A model generated the notes under the pieces. That model saw only the letters and a program-made list of their open reading frames with translations, did no database searches and was not told where the DNA came from. Made by a program: the position numbers and the translations under genes. From Desulfobacterales bacterium (GTDB taxonomy: Bacteria; Desulfobacterota; Desulfobacteria; Desulfobacterales; C00003060), in NCBI GenBank assembly GCA_030616475.1, contig JAUWXF010000002.1, positions 18 to 64,017 on the forward strand: a stretch of 64,000 nt of DNA, in the 5' to 3' direction. This document shows positions 34,834-44,760 of this stretch, one piece after another; within the stretch, counting starts at the first letter, position 1; each line of letters begins with the position of its first letter.

Positions 34834-35149
34834 GGAAATACGAAGCACGAAATCCGAAATTCTAAACAAATTCAAATATTAAATGCTCAAATGTTCAAAA
34901 TTCTATGAGCGGTCTCAAGCTCGATTGAATCAGCCTTCGGCGGGTCTTATCGTTTTTCAATTTTGAATTTCCGTCATTCGATATTGTTTCGGATTTCGAC
35001 CTGCCCGCCATTGCCAGAGACCTGCCCGCCATTGCCGTGTATGCGGGCATTGCAGCTTCCCGGCGACCGTGGCGTTGGCAGGCGGGTGCCGGCACATAAG
35101 CTGAATGCTGTCTCAGGCGTTGGCAGGCGGGTATTCGTATTTCGGATTT
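34834..35149. repeat. composite nested-hairpin element with a GC-rich CTGCCCGCC core (copy B, core 34998-35132)
   Basis: The outer arm aaatacgaagcacgaaatccgaaat pairs with ttcgtatttcggattt. The core is nearly identical to 6713-6847. Confidence 0.9.
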
Positions 35150-35201
35150 ATTTTCTGCCACAAAAAACACGATCTTCATAACTAACGGACTAAAGCGGGG
35201 C

Positions 35202-35299
35202 TGGCGGAAGTGCATGGGAATCGAACCCACCCGGGACGGTTTTAGCGCCCCACACCGGATTTGAAGTCCGGGAGCCCCACCAGTGAGCTATCCACTTCC
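35202..35299 (-). tRNA. selC: tRNA-Sec (anticodon TCA)
   Basis: The reverse complement is GGAAGTGGATAGCTCACTGGTGGGGCTCCCGGACTTCAAATCCGGTGTGGGGCGCTAAAACCGTCCCGGGTGGGTTCGATTCCCATGCACTTCCGCCA. It has a long acceptor stem, a CTTCAAA anticodon loop and a long extra arm. It aligns well with E. coli selC from memory. Confidence 0.9.
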
Positions 35300-35496
35300 G
35301 CAATCGAGTTATAAAATCACTCCGTGATTTTATATAACGCGGCTACGCCGCTCAAAAAGGAAATTCCTATACAATCAAGTTATATCTACATATTATTTCT
35401 GGGGCCTGTCAACGATTTTGTATGGGTACAATCTCCCGTGAGCTGAAAGGTCAAGGCTCAAAGCTGAAAGGGCAAGGGTGAAAGGGGAGAGATGGC

Positions 35497-36654
35497 ATGG
35501 TGAATCACGAGCGCTTGGGTGATCTTTTTAAGACCCTGATTCATATAGACAGTGTTTCAAAAAAAGAGGGGGCAATTGCGAGAACCTTACAGGGGATCTT
35601 TGAATCCCTGGGGGCGGAGGTACTGATCGATGGGGCGGGTCCTAAGGTGGGAGGTGATACCGGCAACCTGATCGCCAGGTTCAAGGGGGCCAGGGCGGAG
35701 GTTGTCCCGCTGCTGCTCAATGCCCATATGGATACGGTCCAGCCGGGCGAGGGGATCAAGGTCCTTTTTTCGGATGGCACTTTTTCGAGTGATGGGTCCA
35801 CCGTCCTGGGGGCCGACGATAAGTCGGCCTTGGCCGTTATTATTGAAACCATCAAGATACTCCGGGAAAAGAGACTTCTGTGGGGTCCATTAGAGGTAGT
35901 CGTAACTATTTGCGAGGAGGTTGGTCTTGTGGGGGCAAAGAATCTTGATTATTCACTGATCAAGGCCCAATACGGTTACAGCCTGGATGCCACCGACACA
36001 GAGGGGATTGTGACCCGGGCCCCTGCTGCCAATCACATTGAGTTCAAGGTCCATGGGCGGGATGCGCATGCCGGGGCGGCGCCTGAAAAAGGGATCAACG
36101 CCATACATCTGGCGAGTCGGGCGATTTCAGAGATACGCGTTGGCCGTATTGATGAGGAAACCACAGCCAATATCGGGCTGATCGAAGGCGGCAAAGCCAC
36201 CAATATTGTCCCTTGCCTTGTGACCGTGGCCGGCGAGGTCCGCAGCCATAGCCCGGACAAACTGGAGGAAGAGACACAAAAGATTGTTGAGAGTTTTGAA
36301 CGTCAAGTCTCAAACTACAAGGAGGCATTTCCCTCGGATGACGGACTTCCAAGGCTGGAGGTGGCAGTTCGACAGGATTTTTCAAACTTGAAGATTCCCG
36401 AGGACCATGCTGCTGTTACCCTGGCAAAGGAGGCTGCGTCCAGCCTGGGACGCTACATGAAAACCAAGACCAGCGGCGGTGGGAGCGATGCGAACATATT
36501 CTTTGGCCACGGGATTGTTACGGGTGTCCTTGGCACGGGAATGAAGGACATGCACACAGTGCGAGAGTCGATCCGGCTGGATGACATGGTCAAGTCCGTA
36601 GAACTCCTCCTTGAGATCATACAGCTTCATGCCAAGAAAGCAAGACAAGTTTAA
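35497..36654 (+). CDS. M20-family metallopeptidase (PepT/ArgE/DapE-like)
   Basis: 385 aa. It has LLNAHMDTVQPG, GADDK and a typical dimerisation-domain layout. Confidence 0.8.
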   Translation: MVNHERLGDLFKTLIHIDSVSKKEGAIARTLQGIFESLGAEVLIDGAGPKVGGDTGNLIARFKGARAEVVPLLLNAHMDTVQPGEGIKVLFSDGTFSSDGSTVLGADDKSALAVIIETIKILREKRLLWGPLEVVVTICEEVGLVGAKNLDYSLIKAQYGYSLDATDTEGIVTRAPAANHIEFKVHGRDAHAGAAPEKGINAIHLASRAISEIRVGRIDEETTANIGLIEGGKATNIVPCLVTVAGEVRSHSPDKLEEETQKIVESFERQVSNYKEAFPSDDGLPRLEVAVRQDFSNLKIPEDHAAVTLAKEAASSLGRYMKTKTSGGGSDANIFFGHGIVTGVLGTGMKDMHTVRESIRLDDMVKSVELLLEIIQLHAKKARQV

Positions 36655-36911
36655 TACGTTAGAATCTGCGACAGCTTCTCGAAAACGTTACCAAGACAGG
36701 TGGTTACACCTATTATATAAAGGAATGGTTTAAGTTATGAAAGATCGTAGGTCGGGTGGTTCCCCTACACCAACCTTGCTGCGTGATGACCTGATCGGTT
36801 TCGATGGTGGGGGCAAGGTTTTTTGACTGTTAGGGAGCAGTGTGTTAAGAAATCAAAAAATTCGGATTGCGATAGCTGGTCGCCAGGCTCGGGGCCACAT
36901 GCAGGACATGG

Positions 36912-38081
36912 ATGGGAATGAAGATCGCCTACTTTGACTGTTTTGCCGGGATAAGCGGCGACATGATTCTCGGTGCCTTGATCCATCTTGGGGTGCCTGG
37001 AGATTTCATTGAAGAGAATGTCCGCAACATGCCCCTTGAGGCCTTTGATTTGGAGATCAGCACGGCGGCCCGTATGGGGATTCACGGCAGACAAGTAGAA
37101 GTCGTGGTTGCCGATAGAGACAAACCAGCCAGGAATTATCAAGACATAAGGTCGCTTGTCGACAACAGCCCCCTCCCGGACACGGTAAAAGGCTTGAGCC
37201 TTAAGATCTTTGGCAGGCTGGCCGAGGTTGAGGCGTCTATCCACAACTGCCCCAAAGAGAGTGTCCATTTTCATGAATTAGGCGGTGTAGATGCTATTGT
37301 TGATATCGTGGGGGCTGCTCTTGGTGTGGAATGGCTTGGCATTGGCAAGATTTCCGCTTCAGAGATTCCAGTGGGCAAAGGGTTTGTGAGCTGCCAGCAT
37401 GGGAGACTTCCAGTGCCGGCCCCTGCCACCCTGGCCCTCCTTGACGGCGTGCCGGTCTACGGCACAGGAGTTTCCAACGAACTGGTTACACCCACCGGCG
37501 CTGCGATTCTTACAACGCTTTCTCAAGATTTTGGCCCAATGCCCAAAATGCTGATTCGTGAGATCGGTTACGGCGTGGGGGCGCGTGATTTGAAAGAGAT
37601 GCCAAACCTGCTCAGGGTTGTGCTTGGGGAGCCCGATTTTGCGTGTGAGGCAGATTGTGTGACAGTCGTTGAGACCAACATAGATGACATGAATCCCGAG
37701 ATATTCGGCTTTGTCATGGAGAGACTCTTTGAAGATGGGGCCCTTGATGTGGTCTTGATTCCCGTCTTTATGAAGAAAAACCGACCCGGGACCATGGTGC
37801 AGGTTATATGCAAGGAGACTGATCGAGAGACCGTTGTGCGCCGGATTCTTTCGGAGACCACGGCTACCGGGGTGCGGCATTACCGGACGGGGCGATCAAA
37901 GCTCCCACGAAAGGTCAAAGAGGCCACTACCTCCTATGGCAAGGTGCGTGTAAAGGAGGTTTCAGGTCCCACAGGCAGGATTTCTGTGGTACCTGAATAT
38001 GAGGACTGCAAAAAGATTGCTTTGGAGAAGAACGTACCTCTGAAGGTGGTGTATGAGACTATTGTGAAGGAGACGGCGTAG
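36912..38081 (+). CDS. larC: nickel-pincer cofactor biosynthesis protein LarC (DUF111)
   Basis: 389 aa. MKIAYFDCFAGISGDMILGALIHLGV is the hallmark N-terminus. The likely start is the ATG at 36918. Confidence 0.85.
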   Translation: MGMKIAYFDCFAGISGDMILGALIHLGVPGDFIEENVRNMPLEAFDLEISTAARMGIHGRQVEVVVADRDKPARNYQDIRSLVDNSPLPDTVKGLSLKIFGRLAEVEASIHNCPKESVHFHELGGVDAIVDIVGAALGVEWLGIGKISASEIPVGKGFVSCQHGRLPVPAPATLALLDGVPVYGTGVSNELVTPTGAAILTTLSQDFGPMPKMLIREIGYGVGARDLKEMPNLLRVVLGEPDFACEADCVTVVETNIDDMNPEIFGFVMERLFEDGALDVVLIPVFMKKNRPGTMVQVICKETDRETVVRRILSETTATGVRHYRTGRSKLPRKVKEATTSYGKVRVKEVSGPTGRISVVPEYEDCKKIALEKNVPLKVVYETIVKETA

Positions 38082-38125
38082 GATTGACGATTGACGATTG
38101 ACGATTGATGATTGACGCTTGACGG
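38082..38125. repeat. tandem heptamer GATTGAC/GATTGAT x6
   Basis: gattgacgattgacgattgacgattgatgattgacgcttgacgg fills the whole larC-pgpA spacer. Confidence 0.9.
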
Positions 38126-38626
38126 ATGTACGTGCAAGGAGAACGTAGGGCTGGTGGCAAGGCGTTGCATAGGATCGGCGAAAAATGTGTGGTTTTGTTG
38201 GCAACAGGCTGTTATGCAGGATACATTCCCATTGCCTCCGGGACGTTTGGCACCCTAATTGCGATTCCTATCTGTTATGTCATTTCCATGTTTGGCCCAT
38301 TTCAGGGCCTGCTAGTCATAGCGGTATTTTCGGGATTTGCCGTATGGATGTCAGGTAAAGCAGAGAAGGTATTCAACAAGAAAGACAGCGGCTTGATTGT
38401 TATAGATGAGATGGCAGGGTTGCTGGTCACCTTGTTTCTCATTCCCTGGAGCGCTATGAGTGTGGTCATCGGTTTTTTTCTCTTCAGGCTCTTCGATATT
38501 GTCAAGCCCTTTCCCATCAGGAGGCTGGAAACGAAATTGCCGGGTGGGTGGGGTGTAGTCGGCGATGACGTCCTTGCAGGCATTTATGCCAATGTCATTT
38601 TAAGAATCATTGTGGTATCATTTTAG
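38126..38626 (+). CDS. pgpA: phosphatidylglycerophosphatase A
   Basis: 166 aa. It has GYIPIASGTFGTL, IDEMAG, FRLFDIVKPFPIR and GGWGVVGDDVLAGIYA. Confidence 0.85.
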   Translation: MYVQGERRAGGKALHRIGEKCVVLLATGCYAGYIPIASGTFGTLIAIPICYVISMFGPFQGLLVIAVFSGFAVWMSGKAEKVFNKKDSGLIVIDEMAGLLVTLFLIPWSAMSVVIGFFLFRLFDIVKPFPIRRLETKLPGGWGVVGDDVLAGIYANVILRIIVVSF

Positions 38627-38644
38627 TTTTTTGAAACGATCGTC

Positions 38645-38848
38645 GCGAGCAGGTGATTTGATTCTAAACCGGCTCAAACTCGGGCAAAAGTGGGTGTAAA
38701 GAAAGAACTATGAATATCATTAAACATAGCATCAATGGGGGGGACATCGTCTTACAGTTAGGACAAATGTGCGGATTTGCCGTTCTTTCTTAACACTCAC
38801 TAATGCCCTCACACAGTGAGCCGCTTTAGAATCAAATCACCTGCTCGC
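38645..38848 (+). repeat. 204-nt long-hairpin element, copy 1 (MITE-like or structured RNA)
   Basis: It has perfect 24-nt terminal inverted repeats, gcgagcaggtgatttgattctaaa / tttagaatcaaatcacctgctcgc. The inner arms ccggctcaaactcg...gtaaagaaagaac / gttctttcttaac...gagccgc are conserved with copy 2. Confidence 0.85.
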
Positions 38849-38908
38849 TCCATTGGCTCACTCGTTCAAAAGGCTAAATGTATACTCATTGTGAAGTTTT
38901 TCTAGATC

Positions 38909-39406
38909 TTGGATCAAAGGATGGAAGAAAATCCCCTTGAACAGGAAGTGGCGAGGCTACTACTTTCTCTGAAAATGACCGTTGCAGTGGCCGAATCGTG
39001 CACTGGGGGGTTGATTTGCCACCGGTTGACCAACATTTCCGGCAGTTCGGATTATCTGGAAAGGGGAGTGGTGACCTACAGCAACCGCTCCAAGATTGAG
39101 TTATTGGGGGTTTCTGCCCAGGTCATAAGAGAACATGGGGCTGTGAGTGAGGCGTGCGTCCGGGCCATGGCAACCGGCATCAAACGGCTGGCAGGGACGG
39201 ACCTGGGCCTAGCGGTCAGCGGGATTGCCGGTCCCACAGGCGGTACGCCTGAAAAACCAGTGGGCACGGTTTACATGGCCATGGCCTGGAACGAGGATGT
39301 GGAGTGTTGGAAATATCTCTTTGGAGGTAGTCGAGGAGAGATCAAACAGAAGGCTTCAGAGCAAGCCCTCATGCAGATACGGGATCACTGTCAGTCTATA
39401 CTTTGA
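38909..39406 (+). CDS. CinA C-terminal domain protein (nicotinamide-nucleotide amidohydrolase PncC-like)
   Basis: 165 aa with VAVAESCTGGLI and SGIAGPTGG. Confidence 0.85.
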   Translation: MDQRMEENPLEQEVARLLLSLKMTVAVAESCTGGLICHRLTNISGSSDYLERGVVTYSNRSKIELLGVSAQVIREHGAVSEACVRAMATGIKRLAGTDLGLAVSGIAGPTGGTPEKPVGTVYMAMAWNEDVECWKYLFGGSRGEIKQKASEQALMQIRDHCQSIL

Positions 39407-39456
39407 ACGGGCATAATTGGACATTTTCAATTTTTCATCGTGCGCAATATATTGCC

Positions 39457-39630
39457 AAATCCGAAATACGAAGCACGAAATACGAAACAAATCCGAATTT
39501 TCAAATTTCATAGTGTTCGAAACCATGGAGCAGTCAATTTGTTTTGAATTTCTAATTTTGGTAATTTGATATTGTTTCGGATTTGCGGCTTACGCCTTGA
39601 GAACAGTACGATATTCGAATTTCGAATTTA
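39457..39630. repeat. composite word-repeat element lacking the GC-rich core
   Basis: aaatccgaaatacgaagcacgaaatacgaaac ... gatattgtttcggatttgcggcttacgccttgagaacagtacgatattcgaatttcgaattt. It shares the arms and the gcggcttacgccttgagaacagtacg block with 6680-6705 and with the flanks of 34834-35149. Confidence 0.85.
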
Positions 39631-39707
39631 TTTAAACAATAGCCTGAAGCCGATCCCCAACGCAATTTATAAGACACTATTCAATGAGTATGCTCAATAT
39701 ATAAAAG

Positions 39708-40283
39708 ATGCGTGAAAAGATACGGGCTTTCATAGCCATCGATGTGCCGGAACCTGTTCTCCAAGCCATTGAGAAGGCACAGGACACACTTCGGGGATCA
39801 GGTCTTAAGATTAGATGGGTACGTAAAGAAGGCATGCACTTGACCCTGAAGTTCCTGGGAGATATTGACAGGGATGACGTAGAGAAAATCGAGGCCGCGA
39901 TGGTGCGAGCAACGAAGGCCTTTTCCCCATTTACCCTGAGAGCGGAGGGGATTGGTGTTTTTCCGGACCTCAAGCGTCCGCGCGTTGTCTGGGTAGGGCT
40001 ATCCGGAGACGTAGAGGTCGTGCGTGCCCTTCAAAGGGATTTGGAATCCCAGCTCAACGGCCTTGGGTTCCAGAAGGAGAAGCGACCTTTTAAGGGACAT
40101 CTCACTCTGGGCCGCGTCAAAGGTCGTCTGGACCGGGCCAAGCTGGGTAAGGCATTGCAAGCATTGGGAGAGTTTCGAACAGAGTCTTTCACGGCGCAGT
40201 CGGTAGTCCTTTTTCAAAGTGATCTACGCCCCAGCGGCGCAGTCTATAGCAAACTGGCAGAGGTGAGAATAAAAAGTGCCTAA
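39708..40283 (+). CDS. thpR: RNA 2',3'-cyclic phosphodiesterase (2H family)
   Basis: 191 aa with two HxT motifs (HLTLKFLG and HLTLGRV). Confidence 0.85.
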   Translation: MREKIRAFIAIDVPEPVLQAIEKAQDTLRGSGLKIRWVRKEGMHLTLKFLGDIDRDDVEKIEAAMVRATKAFSPFTLRAEGIGVFPDLKRPRVVWVGLSGDVEVVRALQRDLESQLNGLGFQKEKRPFKGHLTLGRVKGRLDRAKLGKALQALGEFRTESFTAQSVVLFQSDLRPSGAVYSKLAEVRIKSA

Positions 40284-40405
40284 AGTGAACTAAAGTGCCT
40301 AAAGTGAGCTAAAGTTGAGGACTTGAAGAAATTCTTTTTAAAAGATCGGTTCTGTTCCTTTAACTTTAGGCACTTTAGCTCACTACTTGCAACTTTAGCT
40401 CACTA
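40276..40405. repeat. hairpin of CTAAAGTG-type words upstream of recA
   Basis: The left arm is gtgcctaaagtgaactaaagtgcctaaagtgagctaaagttgagg. The right arm is ctttaactttaggcactttagctcactacttgcaactttagctcac. The same words occur at 41637-41660 and 46240-46268. Confidence 0.85.
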
Positions 40406-40425
40406 TTACTGAAGGGGGGATACTT

Positions 40426-41442
40426 ATGGGTAGCATATCCATGGACAAGGAGAAGGCGGTCGAACTGGCCATGGGGCAGATAGAACGCCAGTTCGGCAAG
40501 GGTTCCATAATGAAGTTGGGCAGCCAGGTGGTTGCGGACGTCCCGGTTATTCCGACCGGATCGCTTGCCCTGGACCACGCTTTGGGCGTCGGAGGTATTC
40601 CGCGAGGGAGGGTTGTAGAGCTCTTTGGTCCTGAATCCTCGGGCAAGACGACGCTGGCTCTTCACATCGTGGCGGAGGCCCAAAAACAGGACGGCATCGC
40701 GGCCTTCGTGGACGCTGAACATGCCCTGGATGTCAAGTACGCCAGAAAGCTGGGGGTAAACTGTGACGATCTGCTGGTTTCTCAGCCTGACACGGGTGAA
40801 CAGGCCCTGGAGATCACCGAAGTCCTGGTGCGTAGCGGGGCCATGGATGTCGTGGTTATTGATTCTGTGGCCGCCCTGGTGCCCAGAGCAGAGATTGAAG
40901 GGGAAATGGGTGATGTGCACGTGGGCCTGCAGGCCAGGCTTATGTCACAGGCCTTGAGGAAGCTGACCGCCAGTATCAGCAAATCGATGACCTCGGTTAT
41001 CTTTATCAATCAGATTCGGATGAAGATAGGGGTGATGTTCGGCAATCCTGAAACCACGCCAGGGGGGAATGCCCTTAAATTCTATTCCTCGGTTAGGCTT
41101 GACATCCGAAGGATTGGGAGCATCAAGGACGGCCAGGAGGTTATCGGCAGCCGGACCCGCGTGAGAGTAGTCAAGAACAAGGTGGCACCCCCTTTCAAAG
41201 ACGGGGAGTTTGACATCATGTACGGCGACGGGATCTCGACTGCCGGCGACCTTCTTGACATGGGGGTTCAAACCAATGTCGTCGATAAGAGCGGGGCCTG
41301 GTACTCCTTTGACAAGGAACGGATTGGTCAAGGCAGGGAGAATGTCAAGAGCTTCTTGAAGGAAAATCCTGACGTATCTGCTCGTATCCTGGAGAAGGTG
41401 AGTAAGGCCCTTGGACTGGCAAAGGAAAAATCTGATGATTGA
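40426..41442 (+). CDS. recA: recombinase RecA
   Basis: 338 aa. It has [21 protein letters not shown] and [19 protein letters not shown]. Confidence 0.97.
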   Translation: MGSISMDKEKAVELAMGQIERQFGKGSIMKLGSQVVADVPVIPTGSLALDHALGVGGIPRGRVVELFGPESSGKTTLALHIVAEAQKQDGIAAFVDAEHALDVKYARKLGVNCDDLLVSQPDTGEQALEITEVLVRSGAMDVVVIDSVAALVPRAEIEGEMGDVHVGLQARLMSQALRKLTASISKSMTSVIFINQIRMKIGVMFGNPETTPGGNALKFYSSVRLDIRRIGSIKDGQEVIGSRTRVRVVKNKVAPPFKDGEFDIMYGDGISTAGDLLDMGVQTNVVDKSGAWYSFDKERIGQGRENVKSFLKENPDVSARILEKVSKALGLAKEKSDD

Positions 41443-41708
41443 TGATTGATGATTGACGATTGAATATTGACGATTGACTAATGACCAATGACTAATGACC
41501 ACTGACTGTGGAGAAGTGAGCCAAAGTGTCTAACCCTGACAAGCCGGAATTTTGGAATCGCAAATTTAGGAATTTAGGAATTGTGTCTGATTTTAATCCC
41601 TTAATTCCTCAATTCCTGAATCCTGTAATCTCTTCTAACTTTAGCTCACTTTAGGCACTCCGTTATTGACCAATAACGAATAACGAATAACGAGTCACGA
41701 ATAACGAC
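41434..41708. repeat. recA-alaS spacer filled with several word-repeat blocks
   Basis: The blocks are gatgattgatgattgatgattgacgattgaatattgacgattgactaatgaccaatgactaatgacc; aatttaggaatttaggaatt ... ttaattcctcaattcctgaatcc; and caataacgaataacgaataacgagtcacgaataacgac. Confidence 0.9.
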
Positions 41709-44348
41709 ATGACTGGAGATGATCTGCGCAGTAGATTCCTGGCCTATTTTGAGCAAAGGGGCCATACGATTGTGAAGAGCTCGTCGCTGGTGCCGGATGA
41801 TGATCCTACCTTGCTTTTCACGAATGCCGGTATGGTTCAGTTCAAACGAACCTTCTTAGGGGAGGACAAACGCCCTTATGTGCGTGCGGCCAGCTCTCAA
41901 AAGTGTGTTCGGGCGGGCGGGAAACACAATGATCTTGAAAATGTGGGCCACACGGGCCGCCATCATACGTTCTTTGAGATGATGGGAAACTTCTCGTTCG
42001 GAGATTATTTCAAGGAGCGGGGCATTGAACTGGCCTGGGATCTGGTGACAAGGGGATATGGCATCCCTGAAGAGAGGCTATGGGTCTCGGTGTACGAAAA
42101 AGACGATGAGGCTCACAGGCTCTGGTCCAGCCACACAGGGATTCCTGAAGACCGGATCGTTCGCCTTGGAGAAAAAGACAATTTCTGGTCCATGGGCGAT
42201 ACAGGCCCTTGCGGTCCTTGCTCGGAAATACTTATAGACCAGGGTGAGGCGATCGGTTGCGGGCGACCGGAGTGCAGGGTCGGTTGTGATTGTGACCGCT
42301 ACTTGGAGCTCTGGAATCTGGTCTTTATGGAATTCAACCGGGATGAATATGGCAGGATGACGCCCCTTCCAATACCGAGCATTGATACAGGCATGGGTCT
42401 GGAGCGCATTGCAGCAGTGGTCCGAGGGGTTACGAACAACTATGAGACCGATCTGTTCATGCCCATCATAAAAGAGATCGAGACCCTTTCAGGTCACACT
42501 CTTGGGGAATCACCAAAGATTGATGTGTCCATCAAGGTGATCGCAGACCACAGCCGTGCTGCGGCCTTCCTCATTGGTGACGGAGTACTCCCCTCCAATG
42601 AGGGACGCGGATATGTGCTGCGCCGTATCCTGAGACGGGCCATACGTTATGGCCGTACCCTTGGCCTGACGCGCCCCTTTCTGCACCAGACAGCGGGGAG
42701 GGTTTCTCAAGTCATGAAGATGGCCTATCCAGAGCTGTTGGAAGCAGACGCCTATATCAAGAATATTATCAAGAATGAAGAGGTGCGCTTCCTGGGGACC
42801 CTGGACACCGGCCTCCGGGCACTGGAAGATGCACTAAGTGAATTGAAGGCCAGGGATGTCTCAAAGGTACCCGGGGATCTGATCTTTAAGATGTACGACA
42901 CCTATGGTTTTCCGGTGGACATTATCCAGGATATTGTGCGGGATGACGGAACGACCCTCGATATGGCGGGCTTTGAGGCAGCCATGGATCAACAGCGCAT
43001 TCGTTCGCGCATTGCCTGGAAGGGTGCCGATGCTCAGGAGACCGCAGAAGCCTACAAGGCCCTTTCGGCCCGGGGGATACAAACCGATTTCGTGGGCTAT
43101 GACCTGACAAGCATTGACTCGGAAGTCCTCATGGTGGTCCGAGACGGCAAGGCTCTCGAACTGGCCGGTACAGGGGACTCCATTGAGCTTGTAACAGCCA
43201 AGACCCCGTTTTATGGCGAGGCCGGGGGCCAGGTGGGAGATCGTGGCCGTATTACAGGCCCGGGTTTTGAGATGGACGTCTATGATACGGTGAAGCATCC
43301 CAATAACATCATTATTCACAAGGGGAAGGTGCTGCGCGGGAGTATCGCGACAGGGGAGCGTGTGACTCTGAGTGTGGATCAGGGGCGATGTTTGGCCACG
43401 AAAAGGAACCATACTGCCACCCATTTGTTGCATGCGGTACTTCGTCGAGCCCTTGGGGATCATGTGAAACAGTCAGGGTCATTGGTAGGGCCTGACCGTT
43501 TGCGATTCGACTTTACACATTTTTCCGCTCTCGATACGGAGACACTTCAGGAAATTGAGAGCTTGGTGAATGATAGAATTCGTCAGAACATCTCCCTTGA
43601 GATCGAGGAAATGGATGCTGAGGATGCCTTTAAGACAGGGGCGACCGCCTTGTTTGAGGAAAAGTACGGTGATCGTGTTCGGCTTGTGGCTATCGGAGAT
43701 TTCAGTAAGGAACTGTGTGGGGGTACCCATACTGAGCGGACCGGAGATATCGGATTGTTCAAGATTGTGAGCGAGGGGAGCGTGGCCGCAGGGGTTCGGC
43801 GGATCGAAGCACTTACAGGCACAACGGCCGTTGCTTACACACAAGAGGCCTTTCATACCTTGCGGACCCTGGCAGAGACGCTGAAAACCAAGCCTGAAGA
43901 GCTAACAGACAGGCTTCACAGGATCATGGAACATGAGAAGACCCTGGAGAAGGAACTTGCCGCCATTAAGGCCAAAGCACAGACCGAGGTATCAGACCGG
44001 GTCCTTTCCGAGATCAAGGTCATCAACGGCGTATCTGTCCTCGCCCAGGAGGTTTCAGTAGACACAGCTGCGGGCTTGAGAGACCTGGCTGATCGCCTCA
44101 AAGCAAAAATGAAGTCAGGTATTGTGGTGCTGGGGAGCAGGACACCAGATAAGGCCCTGCTGGTGGCCGTGGTGACGAAGGATCATCTAGATCGGTATCA
44201 TGCTGGCCAGATCGTGAAGCAGGTGGCTGCTGTCGTGGGTGGTGGTGGCGGAGGCCGACCTGATATGGCGCAGGCCGGGGGAAGCAAACCCGAAAAACTC
44301 CCGGAGGCACTGGCCGGGGTTTTTGATATAATAGCCAAGGGCTGTTGA
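41709..44348 (+). CDS. alaS: alanine--tRNA ligase
   Basis: 879 aa. It has FTNAGMVQFK, the editing-domain motifs HTATHLL and CGGTH, and a C-terminal DHHA1-like region with GGGGGRPDMAQAGG. Confidence 0.97.
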   Translation: MTGDDLRSRFLAYFEQRGHTIVKSSSLVPDDDPTLLFTNAGMVQFKRTFLGEDKRPYVRAASSQKCVRAGGKHNDLENVGHTGRHHTFFEMMGNFSFGDYFKERGIELAWDLVTRGYGIPEERLWVSVYEKDDEAHRLWSSHTGIPEDRIVRLGEKDNFWSMGDTGPCGPCSEILIDQGEAIGCGRPECRVGCDCDRYLELWNLVFMEFNRDEYGRMTPLPIPSIDTGMGLERIAAVVRGVTNNYETDLFMPIIKEIETLSGHTLGESPKIDVSIKVIADHSRAAAFLIGDGVLPSNEGRGYVLRRILRRAIRYGRTLGLTRPFLHQTAGRVSQVMKMAYPELLEADAYIKNIIKNEEVRFLGTLDTGLRALEDALSELKARDVSKVPGDLIFKMYDTYGFPVDIIQDIVRDDGTTLDMAGFEAAMDQQRIRSRIAWKGADAQETAEAYKALSARGIQTDFVGYDLTSIDSEVLMVVRDGKALELAGTGDSIELVTAKTPFYGEAGGQVGDRGRITGPGFEMDVYDTVKHPNNIIIHKGKVLRGSIATGERVTLSVDQGRCLATKRNHTATHLLHAVLRRALGDHVKQSGSLVGPDRLRFDFTHFSALDTETLQEIESLVNDRIRQNISLEIEEMDAEDAFKTGATALFEEKYGDRVRLVAIGDFSKELCGGTHTERTGDIGLFKIVSEGSVAAGVRRIEALTGTTAVAYTQEAFHTLRTLAETLKTKPEELTDRLHRIMEHEKTLEKELAAIKAKAQTEVSDRVLSEIKVINGVSVLAQEVSVDTAAGLRDLADRLKAKMKSGIVVLGSRTPDKALLVAVVTKDHLDRYHAGQIVKQVAAVVGGGGGGRPDMAQAGGSKPEKLPEALAGVFDIIAKGC

Positions 44349-44757
44349 TTATTGAATATTGATTATTGAATATTGGCTATTTAGGCATCCTTCATTTTCG
44401 CCATAAAGTAGTTTACACCTATTGACCAGTGTTCAGGTTTCAGTGTTCAGGTTTCAGGTCTTGCTTTTTCAGTTCCTGACACCTGATACCTGGTGCCTGG
44501 TTTCAGTGTTCAGGTTTCAGACCCGCCTGCCAACGCCTAGGTCACACCGAGGTTACAATGCCCGCATACACGGCAATGGCGGGCAGGTCTTGCGTTTCTC
44601 GCTCCTGACACCTGACACCAAAAAGTACGAACAAAAGAATTTATCTCTTGGCGCCCGCATTCTTGAAAAGTGTAAACCGAGGAATGAAGGATGCCGCTAT
44701 TTAATGATCAAGAGATTCTTCTTTCAATCGTCAATCGTCAATCGTCAATATTCAATC
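44346..44757. repeat. nested-hairpin composite element with a short inverted CTGCCCGCC core (44521-44590)
   Basis: The outer arms are ttattgaatattgattattgaatattg / caatcgtcaatcgtcaatattcaatcc. The inner arms are gttcaggtttcag repeats / cctgacacctgacacc. The core reverse complement is gacctgcccgccattgccgtgtatgcgggcattg...ggcgttggcaggcgggt. Confidence 0.85.
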
Positions 44758-44760
44758 CTG

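Noticed and set aside
34895-35230. 111-aa minus-strand ORF
   Set aside because: It spans the repeat element and runs into the tRNA-Sec gene, so it is not a credible CDS.
36765-37880. Minus-strand ORFs 36765-37274 and 37359-37880 (169 and 173 aa)
   Set aside because: They are antisense to the clearly identified larC gene and have no motifs. They are shadow ORFs of a GC-rich gene.
40375-41502. Minus-strand ORFs of 181 and 185 aa
   Set aside because: They are antisense to recA, and at their ends they read through satellite repeats. They are shadow ORFs.
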